From Azolla caroliniana (taxonomy: Eukaryota; Plantae; Polypodiophyta): DNA of 64,000 nucleotides. The stretch is taken from NCBI GenBank assembly GCA_043228905.1, contig JBHGNT010000015.1, positions 4,216,001 through 4,280,000 on the forward strand. The letters run 5' to 3'. Shown one piece after another: positions 53,401 to 63,108 of the stretch (the stretch's first letter is position 1; every line of letters starts with the position of its first letter). The notes under the pieces were generated by a model that saw only the letters and a program-made list of their open reading frames with translations, searched no databases and was not told the origin of the DNA. A program made the position numbers and the translations under genes.

Positions 53401-56264
53401 CCGAGGTCCACCTCTTCCAGCTGGGATGCTTTCACCCTTTGGGATATCGTCATTTCTCTTTCTAGGGCTTCCTGTGCTTGGCGTAGTTCCCGGATCGCCG
53501 CTTTGTCCGGCTCGTCCGGCATTGTGATGTACGGCTCTACTGCTGCCGTGATATCCACCTCAAAAAGTGGGACGATCTGTGGGTGTTCCTCGAGGTACCG
53601 ATCAACTTCCTCATCCGGTAAGCCCTCCAACATGTTGATGCTTTCGGCATATAAAGGGGTTGCCTCCTTGCTAGTGAGCACCCGTGGTTGCGTGGCTACC
53701 CGTACCTTTGTTTTCCCTCGTCGGAACGTGATCATATTCTTTTGCCAGTTTTGCTTGATATGCGCCGTTCGCAGCCATGGTCGTCCTAACAGTAGGGGAT
53801 ATGCGCCTTGTACATTCAGCTCTAGTACCACGGCCGATATCCGGAATACGTGGCCTCCTATCGTTACTTCCAAGTCCCGGATAAGACCGGTTGGTCGGAC
53901 TGAGCTTGTATCCGCCATGCGTAACCAGAAGGGGCATGGTTCCCACTCCTGGATGCCTAGGTCGTCGCATGTCTGTCGACTGATGACGTTCACCCCGGAG
54001 CCTCCGTCAATAATTGTTCCTGGAATCTCCTTTCCTTTGACGATTGTCGTGATTGCTGGGCTACTGGTATTGACCACCGCTGGGCCTTCCTCCGGGTTGG
54101 AGAAAAATGCCGGTGCTGGCGTCGGCGTCGGTTTGCTCACGGTGGCTTGTAAGTCTGCTGTAAACCGCGGCACCAACTGCAGTAACCGTGCCATCGGCAA
54201 CACGATCTGACAATCTTGTAGTGCTTGCCATGTCGGGTTTTCTCCTGGCTGTACGATTTCCTCATCCTTTGGCATATTTTGGTCTCTTACTTCCGCCGCA
54301 CCTTGTTCGTTGGCTTCTTTGATCCATTGTGCCGCTTGTTTTCTGATTGCTTCCTGGGCTTCCCATTCGGCGGCCTTCCCCTTCGACCGCGTGGTAACCT
54401 GCTGTACTTCGGCTGTCACCATGTTGACTGCCGGCTGCTTGTCGGTTGTTTTGCTTGGGCATTGATTACTGTAATGCCCCTCTTTTCGGCAGTAATAACA
54501 GTACACCCTGTGCGTGTTGCTGGATTCTCCTTTTTCCCCTGTTTGGGGAAGGGGCATTCCCCGGCGGTTGTCCTCGGTTTTTCGGTTCTCCGGTGCCGCT
54601 ACTGGTTTGTCATTCCTTGCTGCCTCCCGATGCTCCTCTCTACGGAAGAATCCACGCCTTTGGTTCCGTCGGAAATTCTGGTTCCCTGGCCGCCTTTCTT
54701 CTCTGCGTCGCTCGTATTCCGGGGATTCGTCTCGGTCGTACCGGTCCCGGGGGTAGCTATCCCTGCGGTTCTCCTCTCGGTCATAGCTGTCGCGTCTTCT
54801 ATCGGGGTATCTGTCGCCGCGTTCTCGTCGGTAGCGGTCGTCCCTCCGGAATCGATCCTCTTCCGGGTCCCGATTGCGCGGTTCTATGTGTCGGACCGGT
54901 GCCGCTTGTCGAGTTAACAGGTTATACTCGCATCGGTTCGTTGTGTGGGCGCGAGAATTGCATATCATGCACTGTGCATGCAGGGTGCAGTCGACGGTCG
55001 AGTGCCCCGAATTTAGGCATGTTGTGCATTGTAGGGCTTGTCGGAACCGGAGGTCCTCCTCCTTCGGAAGCGCCTGGTGTAACGCCCCCATCGGCAAGAA
55101 GGGGCTCGTCTTGTCCATTTCCAGGACCCGATCAATGACTTGGTCCATTGTGCTGGTGCTGAAATCGAGGATTCCACACATCGCTCGAAGTGGCTCTTTC
55201 AACGCAGCCAAAAAGACTGCTTTGGCCTCCTCTTCGGGTGGTGCTCTTGCTAATTGACTGTGCAAGGTCTGGAAACGAATGATAAATTGTGGGACCGTCT
55301 CGTTTTCTCCCTGCCGGGTGGTGTAGAATTGTCCGACCAATTCCCTTTGTTCCACTCGTCTATGAAACAGGCGTAAAAACTGGGTTTTCAATGCCTCGAA
55401 CGTGGCGAAGCTGCCTGGTAAGTGCTTTGCGTGCCACCGGGCCGCCGGTCCTTCTAATGTCATGCCGAATTCGGCGACTTTGGATCGGTCGGCCTCGGGC
55501 TCCGTCAGTCTCTGGGACACGTGGTTGGCTTCCCATGTTTGCAGGAATGCATACACATGTGCCTCTGCGTCGGGCTCATCCCGATACTTTGGGTACGGAT
55601 ACGGCATCGTGTCGTCCCACTGATTCTCCTGCGCTGGTTCCTCCGAAGTCGGTATCCGCTCCTGCGGTTCCCCCGCAGGTGGTGTTGGTATCCGCTCTTG
55701 CGGTTCCTCCGCGGGTGGTGTTGATAACCGCTCCTGCGGTTCCTCCGCGGGTGGTGTTGATAACCGCTCCTGCGGTTCCTCCGCGGGTGGTGTTGGTATC
55801 CGCTCCCGCGGTTCCTCCGCGGGTGGTGTTGATAACCGCTCCTCCCTCCTCGGCGATTGCCGGTCACTGAACTCCAGAGTTATTTCCTCCTCTGGCTCCG
55901 ATGTTGCTGAGTAATCCGACTCAAAGGGGTTGTTCTCGTGGCTGCTTTTATAACGGGATCCCACGCTTTCCCCGCTATCCGAATCCGCCTCTAATGTTGC
56001 AAATGCCGCTGCGTCCCCGTCGCCGCCAGCGAGAGTCTGTAGTAGTGTCTCCGCTTCTTGGAGGCTGGTTATGCTACTGCCTTCGTCGGAAGCTTGTAGA
56101 ACCTGGAACTGCAGTGCCTCTTCTGCGATTTGCCGAAGCGTTTTTGAGAATGACCGATCGCGCCGGATCTCGTCGACGGCTTGCTGCAGGGCTTCCCGTC
56201 GTCGCTGTCGTTCGGCGTGACGTCTCCCTCTTTCGGTGAGGTGGTCGTTGTTTTGTCTAGACAT
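50457..56264 (-). CDS. Single-ORF Gag-Pol polyprotein of element B (1935 aa)
   Basis: 3 CCHC knuckles, IIDGGSG, FLDDF, VDASD, HHCC and DDE integrase, TGPF; 36-bp (ERLSTPPAEEPQ) repeats at ~55650-55845. Confidence 0.96.
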   Translation of the reverse strand: MSRQNNDHLTERGRRHAERQRRREALQQAVDEIRRDRSFSKTLRQIAEEALQFQVLQASDEGSSITSLQEAETLLQTLAGGDGDAAAFATLEADSDSGESVGSRYKSSHENNPFESDYSATSEPEEEITLEFSDRQSPRREERLSTPPAEEPRERIPTPPAEEPQERLSTPPAEEPQERLSTPPAEEPQERIPTPPAGEPQERIPTSEEPAQENQWDDTMPYPYPKYRDEPDAEAHVYAFLQTWEANHVSQRLTEPEADRSKVAEFGMTLEGPAARWHAKHLPGSFATFEALKTQFLRLFHRRVEQRELVGQFYTTRQGENETVPQFIIRFQTLHSQLARAPPEEEAKAVFLAALKEPLRAMCGILDFSTSTMDQVIDRVLEMDKTSPFLPMGALHQALPKEEDLRFRQALQCTTCLNSGHSTVDCTLHAQCMICNSRAHTTNRCEYNLLTRQAAPVRHIEPRNRDPEEDRFRRDDRYRRERGDRYPDRRRDSYDREENRRDSYPRDRYDRDESPEYERRREERRPGNQNFRRNQRRGFFRREEHREAARNDKPVAAPENRKTEDNRRGMPLPQTGEKGESSNTHRVYCYYCRKEGHYSNQCPSKTTDKQPAVNMVTAEVQQVTTRSKGKAAEWEAQEAIRKQAAQWIKEANEQGAAEVRDQNMPKDEEIVQPGENPTWQALQDCQIVLPMARLLQLVPRFTADLQATVSKPTPTPAPAFFSNPEEGPAVVNTSSPAITTIVKGKEIPGTIIDGGSGVNVISRQTCDDLGIQEWEPCPFWLRMADTSSVRPTGLIRDLEVTIGGHVFRISAVVLELNVQGAYPLLLGRPWLRTAHIKQNWQKNMITFRRGKTKVRVATQPRVLTSKEATPLYAESINMLEGLPDEEVDRYLEEHPQIVPLFEVDITAAVEPYITMPDEPDKAAIRELRQAQEALEREMTISQRVKASQLEEVDLGTTEQPRPVKVAKELPKEEKQAMVALLTDFKDVFAWSYEDMRGLDPQLYQHQIHLSTNAKPITQRRYRMNPNYAAKVKEEIDKLLRVGFIRPVKQATWLSPIVVVPKKNGKIRVCVDYRKLNAATVTDAFPLPFTDGVLDAVAGHEVYSFLDGFSGYNQIRMNPADQEKTAFVTEWGVFVAVVMMFGLKTAPATFQRIIMEIFGDFIPGFMQVFLDDFAVYSRHGEHLDHLRLCLEKCREYRLSLNPAKCVFGVASGNLLGHVVSREGIAVDPDKVKAILDAPAPNNAKALSRFLGQIRWHSRMIRHLADFATPLHAAVHRVPFQWTETEEKAYQALKVMLSQAPVVQPPDWSKSFHVFVDASDVAIGSVLMQLTEPKWYRPVYYASRKLSKAERNYSTTEREALGMVYSVTKYRHYLLGRKFSFHVDHSALLYLVSKAALTGKLARWTLLLQEFEFDIFHRPGVQHAVADYLSRLESGESGDGVQDEFPDAELFRVTTAPATEATVADEDKWLTEMHQFLSTGVPPENLDRDERKRMAVRSRHFCLVGDTLYHKGADGVWRRAVRSDEKDLILREAHCGIAGGHYAGETTARKIWQSGLWWPTTMRDAVKYSRECDLCQRLGQPTEQARMPHHPVLPLEPFQKWGLDFVGPFKPPAMRTGNRYIIVATDYCTKWVEAKALRDNTAASTAKFLYECIWCRYGCPIELISDQGGHFLGQVVESLTSFYAVVHKRSTPYYPQANGLAESTNKTLQNILRKIVNENRTDWDTKLQSVLWAYRTAYKTSIRTTPFRLAFGLEAVMPVEFQIPSLRIQVKERLSEKESERIRLAMLLELEENRIASLLQLELEQRRRKAFVDRHRQGNEKEFEVGKPVLLFQTRMGNMPGKLRFRWTGPFWITKEYNGSYQLGTLSGEVVGKWANGFRLKPYKGHMPANPFKQDPDILNGEEPTQIRRTEEPTPRRNNEEPTTVRTDPNTSGGTEQ

Positions 56265-56299
56265 CCATCCCCCGGTTGTCCTCTGCACTCTGCAGGAAT

Positions 56300-56310
56300 C
56301 GTGGTCGCCA
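56300..56310 (-). promoter_or_regulatory. Primer-binding site of element B (tRNA-Arg(TCG)-like)
   Basis: TGGCGACCACG 6 nt after the 5' LTR; LTR TATA CTATAAAAGG at 56502-56511 on the same strand. Confidence 0.75.
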
Positions 56311-56697
56311 AAATAGTGTTGTATGTATGGCTGGACTAGCCGCAACACAGGTGTCTATCCGACACTTCTCCAAAGGGGTGGTAGAGATAGGATGTTAATA
56401 CACGCGTATGATAATTACACTTAAGGACAGACGAAGATAAGATCAATAAGCATAAGCAAGACTATATTAATTCTTCGTTACTTCATTACAAAACATCGGA
56501 TCCTTTTATAGGCATCCGGCCAGATTACAATCGGTGCTCTTAGGCAACCGTTAACCGAAACCGAATCGGTTCGGATCCGGATCGGTTACAACTACCGGAT
56601 CCGTCCCTCCTAATAATTCTATTTATCTATTTATCCGCTTCGACTCCGATTCATCTTTGCTTTCCCATTTGCCTTCTTCTGACCGGCCAACAGTTAT

Positions 56698-57671
56698 ACG
56701 CTCCTCGTAGATCGATTTTGGTAAAAAACTTGGCACCATTAACTCTCTCTAAAAGACTTGATATAAGAGGAAGTGCATACCTATTCCGGATGGTGACCTT
56801 ATTCAATCCGCGGTAATCAACGACGAGACGAAGTGAGCCATCTTTCTTCTTGACAAAGAAGATGGGTGCACCGGCCAGAGATTTCGAATGACGGATGAAC
56901 CCGCTTGCCAAGTTCTCCTCTATGTAGGCTCGAAGGACTTCTAACTCGGTGGGTGACAAGTTGTAAATTGGTCCCCATGGTGGCTCGGTTCCTGGTTGTA
57001 AATCGATGGGACAGTCATAGGGACGGTGATGAGGAAGGCTTGTCAAATACATCGGCATAAGGATGATATTTTGTTGGAAGTTGTATTGAGGAGTCCTTCT
57101 TAATAGTGCTGGAAGGATGTATTGATATTGCAAATAGGAACATTGCCTCCTTGTGTCCTTCTTTGCGTAATTGATGGAGTGAAATGGTCGAAACTCGGTG
57201 AGTAGATTCTTGGGGTGGTCGATATCGGACTTCTCTTGTTCTCCAATCTATGGCTGGATTATGTAATTCAAACCAAGGTAATCCTAGGACAATGGGATGC
57301 TCTGGACTACTAATTATATTAAATGATATTACACACACAAAACTACCTAGGACAACTTGAATGGGTTCTGATTCTTCTACAATATTCCCGGAAGCAATGG
57401 GACGACCATCAATGACTACTACAGATGCGGGACAAGGAAGTTTTCTTAGGGATATCTGAGAAGCTTGGGCAAAATTTTGATCCATGAAACAGGAATTAGC
57501 TCCGGAATCTAAGAGTGCGAGGACGGGTACTGGGGGACTACTTTTAGTACTAACAATGACTTGGGCTAGGAACACATTGGTAACTTGCTTGGAAGGAATG
57601 GAACCACTAATGGGCTGTACAGATCTAGGGCTGCTGTCCAACCAAACGGCTCCTATTTTGGCTGGACTCAA
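56698..57671 (-). pseudogene. Chromovirus protease and RT start (frameshifted near 57030)
   Basis: [46 protein letters not shown] continuing to MRIRPGDEWKTAF at 46513. Confidence 0.88.
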
Positions 57672-58825
57672 TCGTTTAACTCTTCATCTAATTGACTAAG
57701 GATTTCAAATTTGTTTGAGATACTTGGGCTATTAGTACTATGAATACTATCTGACACTCTATTAGTACTATTAATACTATCAGACACTCCGAAGGGAAGA
57801 ATTGACTCGGGTTTAGTACAAGTGACGATTTGATTTACCTGTCTTCTAGGCCTATGGGGACAATTGATGGCGATATGCCCTGGTCCACCGCAATAAAGAC
57901 ATAATCGATTGGCACGTCGTCGTTGCTTTTCTTCTTCCGATAACGGGCCGCGTCGACGCATGGTGTCGATCTCCATTGGTGTCGGAATATTGGCTTGGGG
58001 TACATCGCGTGCAAATGGTTTAGCCGTGACTGAGGCGTATGTGGGTTCCGGCCGAGAGCGTGGTATTTGTAATTGACGCTCTGAACGCTGTTCGAAAAGG
58101 CGGTTGTCGCATCGGACCGCTCGACTGATTGCCTCCGTAAGAGACTTTGGTTCTTCGGGGAAGGTTAAAAGCAGATCTTTGACATCATTGCACAAGCCGT
58201 AGCGAAACTGCTCCATGAGGGCCTGATCATCCCAGGGAATATCTGAGGCGAGTAGACGGAAAACTGCCGCGTAGGCAGAGGCTGGACGATCGCCTTGACG
58301 CAATCTTCGGATCTTGTTGATCGCCGTCCTGATGCTGTCGGTATCTCCAAAGCAGGCTTTAAACTCACCAATAAAATCTTCAAAGTTATTAAGCAAGGGT
58401 GATTGTTTTTCTAGAAGCGGAGCGAACCATGCCAAGGCTAAGCCGCTAAGTAACGTGCCTATTAGGCCGACTCGAGATGCATCAGTGGGATATCGGGAAG
58501 GATGCATTTGGATGACTAAGCGTACCTGATTAAGGAATCCCCGGAATTGCGATTGTGTTCCATCAAATTTCACAGGAAGTCCAATCTTGGGCTCTTTATG
58601 AAATCCTTGGGGACTTGATCCTTGTTGTTGCAACGCTGCTTCGAGTTGTTGTACCCGTAATGCTAACTCCCCATGTTGTTGTTGCGTTTGTTGTTTTTCG
58701 AGAGAGATTTGTTGCAGATCCCCTATCAACCGTTGGTTTTCTTGTTCCAGGGCAACAAACTTTTCTTTTAGGCACTGTAACTCGGAGAAAACGGATTGAT
58801 ATTCTTGGGCGCTAATAGTAGCCAT
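57668..58825 (-). CDS. Chromovirus Gag (PEG10/sushi-like)
   Basis: KFDGTQSQFRGFL, LSGLALAWF, LRQGDRPA, PTPMEID, CLYCGGPGHIAINC. Confidence 0.9.
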   Translation of the reverse strand: MATISAQEYQSVFSELQCLKEKFVALEQENQRLIGDLQQISLEKQQTQQQHGELALRVQQLEAALQQQGSSPQGFHKEPKIGLPVKFDGTQSQFRGFLNQVRLVIQMHPSRYPTDASRVGLIGTLLSGLALAWFAPLLEKQSPLLNNFEDFIGEFKACFGDTDSIRTAINKIRRLRQGDRPASAYAAVFRLLASDIPWDDQALMEQFRYGLCNDVKDLLLTFPEEPKSLTEAISRAVRCDNRLFEQRSERQLQIPRSRPEPTYASVTAKPFARDVPQANIPTPMEIDTMRRRGPLSEEEKQRRRANRLCLYCGGPGHIAINCPHRPRRQVNQIVTCTKPESILPFGVSDSINSTNRVSDSIHSTNSPSISNKFEILSQLDEELND

Positions 58826-59324
58826 AGTATAGGGAAAAGGGTAGGAGGATGAGGGAGAACGACAAGTAGGCTGGAGGAAAGGAACAAATTGGTTCAAACT
58901 GTCAAGAATAGTACTAAAGCAGAGATGGAATTAGTACTAAGAAAAGTAGTACTATTAGTACTAAGAGGACGGGACTACGTAAGATTCCCGAGAGAGGAAG
59001 TGAGAAGAGGAGAGAGAGAAAGATGATGACAGCAGCTAATATATTATGTGAAAAGATAAGTACAAACGGCTGAGAGGCTTAAGACTGGCGTTGAACCAAT
59101 TTGGTTCAACATAATGCCTAGTGCCTTCTTTTATAGTGTTGTTAGGAGTAATCCTGAAACTTCTAGAATGTTCTAGAGAAATCTGGAATATACATTACTT
59201 TCTTATAATAAAATATAAATGAAAATAATATCCTATGAATTACAATAGATGGTGTGATGGTTAAGAGCTCGACCCATATACCATAAGGTCATGGGTTCGA
59301 ATCTTGCCATATCATGACAGTCGA

Positions 59325-62243
59325 ATCGGATATCGACCCGTGGCACAAGCGGTTTGGCCACATTAACTTCCTACGGCTTCATGAAATGCAGATGAAGAAT
59401 ATTGTTTTCGGATTGCCGAAATTTCGGGGCCGTAATGGCCAAGTTTGCGAAGCCTGCCAACTAGGGAAGCATCACTGACTTCCGTTCCCAAATGAGCGTA
59501 ATCGGAGTCGAAATCCGCTTGAATTAATCCATTCGGATGTATGGGGACCGACACAGAACGTGAGTCTCAGTGGTAGTCATTACTTCGTAACCTTCATCGA
59601 TGACTTCACTCGGCACACCTGGGCATGCTTGATCGTGAAAAAAAGCGAAGTCTTCGCGTGGTTCCTGAAGGTGAAGAGCCTTGCGGAAAGGGAAACTGGA
59701 CGTAAGATCAAGTGCCTACGGTTCGATGGCAGGAAGGAGTACTTCTCCGACCAGTTCACGAGTTATCTACAAAAGGAGGGAATTCGACGTGAATTCTCGT
59801 GTAGATATATGTCGGAGCAGAACGACGTAGCTGAGCGGAAGAATCGGATAATTGAAGAAGCGGCCAAGGCAATGCTTGAAGAGAAGCATATGCCGAAGTT
59901 TTACTGGGCCGAACCCGTAAGGACGACTGTTTACTTGCAAAATCAGACCTTTCCTAATGGAGGAGTGTTGCCACATGAGTTGTATTACGGAAAGAAGCCG
60001 AACTTGGCACACTTGAGGATTTTCAGCAACATTGCGTATGTGCATGTGTCGAAGGAGAAACGGAGGAAGCTAGACGCCAAAGATGAAAAGTGCATCTTAG
60101 TCGACCATTTAGACGAACGAAAGGGGTATAAGTGCTATAACCCCCGAACGAAGGAAGTTCGCATAAGCTGAGATGTCGTGTTTGTCGAGGCCGCTTTGTG
60201 ATATTTGCCTTCGCCTCCAATCCCTGATGGCTCCATTCCGAATTTTGAAGAAGAGGTCAGTGACGCAAGAATGCCTTCGCGTGATGAAGAAATTGGAGCT
60301 CTGACAGAGAGTCCGATCTCATTTCGGCTAAGCGGGCTGAATGAGGGGTTGGGCCGAGATGGCCAACAAAATGAAGAACCGGCGAGCAGTGGAGACTCGG
60401 CCGTGTTGTCCCTGCGTAAAGTATCGAGGAGACGGTTTACGTGTAAAGAAAAAGGGAAGAAGAAAATGTCGGAATACGATTTCAGTAATGCCGAGTCAGA
60501 TCAGAGGGAATTTGACGTCAGGCCAATCGAGAAGGACCCTCCGCGGAAGAGGTCAATATCGACCGAAAAGGTCATGAAATCGGGTAATCACGAATTACGC
60601 CGATCTACCAATCTGAAGCACCCCGTAAAAAGATACGGGTACAACGAATACATGGCGCACCATTATGCATACATAACACGAGTGGTGGAAGTATGTGAGC
60701 CGGAGAGTTACGCAGAAGCGGTAGAAGATGCAAGTTGGTGTGCCGCGATGGAGGAAGAGATGCGCGCTTTAACGGACAACGAGACTTGGGACCTTGTTGA
60801 CGCACCTAAAGGTGTTAAGCCAATCGGATGTAGATGGGTGTTTAAGGTGAAATACAACACCGACGGCTTGGTCAACCGATATAAGGCCCGTTTGGTTGTG
60901 AAAGGCTACGTGCAGAAGCACGATGTAGATTACGACGAGACGTTCACGCCAGTTGCGAAGATGACCACCGTGTGTGTTTTGCTAGCCGGAGCAGCGGTGA
61001 AGGGGTGGCACTTACATCAAATGGATGTAAAAAATGTGTTCTTGCAAGGTGATCTTGAGGAACAGGTGTACATGGTACAACCCCCAGATTTCTATCCGAA
61101 CAGAAAACTTCGGCAATTTGCCGATTGAAGAAGTCTTTATATGGACTTAAGGAAACCCCGCGAGCTTGGAATGCGAAGATTACGCAATGGTTGCGTAGGA
61201 TGGGGTTCACGACGTCCAAGTCAGACTCTTCATTATTTGTTTGGCAAGGTAAACATGGATCGGTTAGCCTTCTATTGTATGTTGACGATTTAGTCATCAC
61301 CGGTGCCGACCTGGAAGAAATCGGCTGCGTCAAGTCTCAGCTTGCGGCATCATTCGAAATGAAGGATCTTGGAGACCTTCATTACTTCCTCGGGATCGAA
61401 GTGATCCGTTCCCTTGAAGGCATATGGATCAGCCAACGTCATTACGCACTGAACATGCTCTTCAAGTTTGGGATGGCAAATTGTAAGCCCATCTCGACCC
61501 CTCTGGATAGAAATTTAAAGCTTCACCGAGATTCGGGAAAGGCATGCTACCCGACACAGTTCGGACAGATTGTCGGATGCCTAATCTACTTGACGATTAC
61601 ATGGACGAATCTCAATTACCTGGTCGGCTTGATCAATCAGTTTATGTCGTCGCCTACAACTGAACACTTTCAGTGCGCGCAAAGGCTATTGCGATATGTG
61701 AGCGGCACTAAAGACATGGCGTTGCTATATCGGGCAGGCGTAGCCGAACAATTAGTTGGCTACACAGATGCCGATTGGGCTGGAAATTCCCACGATCGTA
61801 GATCCACATCTAGATACACATTCTCATTGGGAAGTGCGGTGATCGTGTGGAGTAGTAAGAAGCAGCCGACAATGGCACTATCGAGCACGAAGGCCAAATA
61901 TTGAGGGGCGACTGTCGCTATGTGCGAAGTCATTTGGCTGAGATGGCTATTACGGGATCTGCATGTGGAGGTGTCCGATCCGACGATGATCTATTGTGAC
62001 AACCTCAACAACATCCATCTTGCGAAAAATCCTGTATTCCACGCTCGGACCAAGCACATTGAGGTGCACTACCATTTTGTCTGCGAGCGTGTCCTTTCTG
62101 GTGAAGTTGAACTAGCGTATGTTCCCACGGGTCGGCAAATTGCCGACATCTTCACCAAGCCCCTTGGTCTCGACAAGTTGCGGCATTTCTCGGGTGAGCT
62201 GGGTTTGCGTCACCTCAACATGCCGAACTTGAGGGGGAGATAG
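59325..62243 (+). pseudogene. Copia INT-RT-RNase H (frameshifted)
   Basis: WHKRFGH, HSDVWGP, FVTFIDDF, YKARLV, QMDVKNVFL, LYVDDL, YTDADW, RTKHIEVHYHF, ADIFTKPL. Confidence 0.92.
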
Positions 62244-63108
62244 GAACATGAGCGTGAAAGGAGCGGTAGTGACCGCGATGCCGAATCGGATGAAGAATTC
62301 GATTTCGGGTCGGCTAAAGAAGCTGAAGAAGAAAATAGGGGCTGTAATCGCAAGGAAGAGCCGAAGACAATTGAACAAAGGGGAAATACAACCAAGAAGG
62401 GCGTAAAGGTCAAGACCAAGACGTGGTTTGATGTTGTCAAGGGCCTAAAAACAGAAGACGAATTGGAGACAACCAATTTGGGCGAAAGTGGAATTGAATA
62501 AGAAGTGACTGATTTAATTGAAATGTTCGATTTAGACATGTCTAATCAACTAAGGGCCGAGCGGAGGAAAGGGCAGCGGAAGAGGTGCCAATACCGCGAC
62601 AACAAGGGAGTTGAGAAGGGCCACACGAGCAGACAAACCGACCGAAAGGGTCAAGGCGGGCGGAATCGAACAGGTCGAGGAGCGCGAGCGAGGCGTGAAG
62701 CCAGGAGAGGCCGGAGCAAAGATCTGGAAAAGCAGATGGAACCTTAGGTTGAGCTTGAGGGGGAGTGTTGAGAGACAAGCTCAACATTGGGTGCGTAACC
62801 CAGTGCGTAGACTGGGTGCGTAAAACTGTACGCAAAATATGGCCGTAGTGTGTGTAAACCAAGAGGCCGTTAGAATGTTATTCCTTGTAAGGAATAATTT
62901 TGGGAGTATAAAAGATGCTCACTGAGCACGAAGTATGTACAGAGAACATACTGAGAATTATTTTTGAATATAGTTTCGTTTTATACTCTCTCTATCTCTC
63001 CCTCTCCTTCTCTATGAGTTTTGCGTTTTACCGAATTGTCATACTTCCGAACTGTATACTTTGTGTCTTTTTGCATATGGTTCCGCACATGTATTCTTGT
63101 ACAGATCG

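Larger units (their letters stand above)
46514..56692 (-). mobile_element. Element B: apparently intact non-chromovirus Ty3/Gypsy with extra 3' ORF
   Basis: 376-bp LTRs 46514-46889 and 56317-56692, identical by eye; TSD GTTAT; two uninterrupted ORFs. Confidence 0.97.
42792..59319 (-). mobile_element. Tcn1-like chromovirus (Ty3/Gypsy) inserted in the Copia; itself interrupted twice
   Basis: LTRs 42792-43170 and 58900-59319 (TGTCA...TGACA); TSD GTCGA at 42787-42791 and 59320-59324; PPT AAGGAGGAGA next to 43170; chromodomain at pol end. Confidence 0.93.
40920..63103 (+). mobile_element. Ty1/Copia element (degenerate) hosting nested insertions
   Basis: LTRs 40920-41340 and 62766-63103; PBS TGGTATCAGAGC 41341-41352; PPT GAGGGGGAG 62757-62765; TSD AATCG/GATCG. 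Confidence 0.92.
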
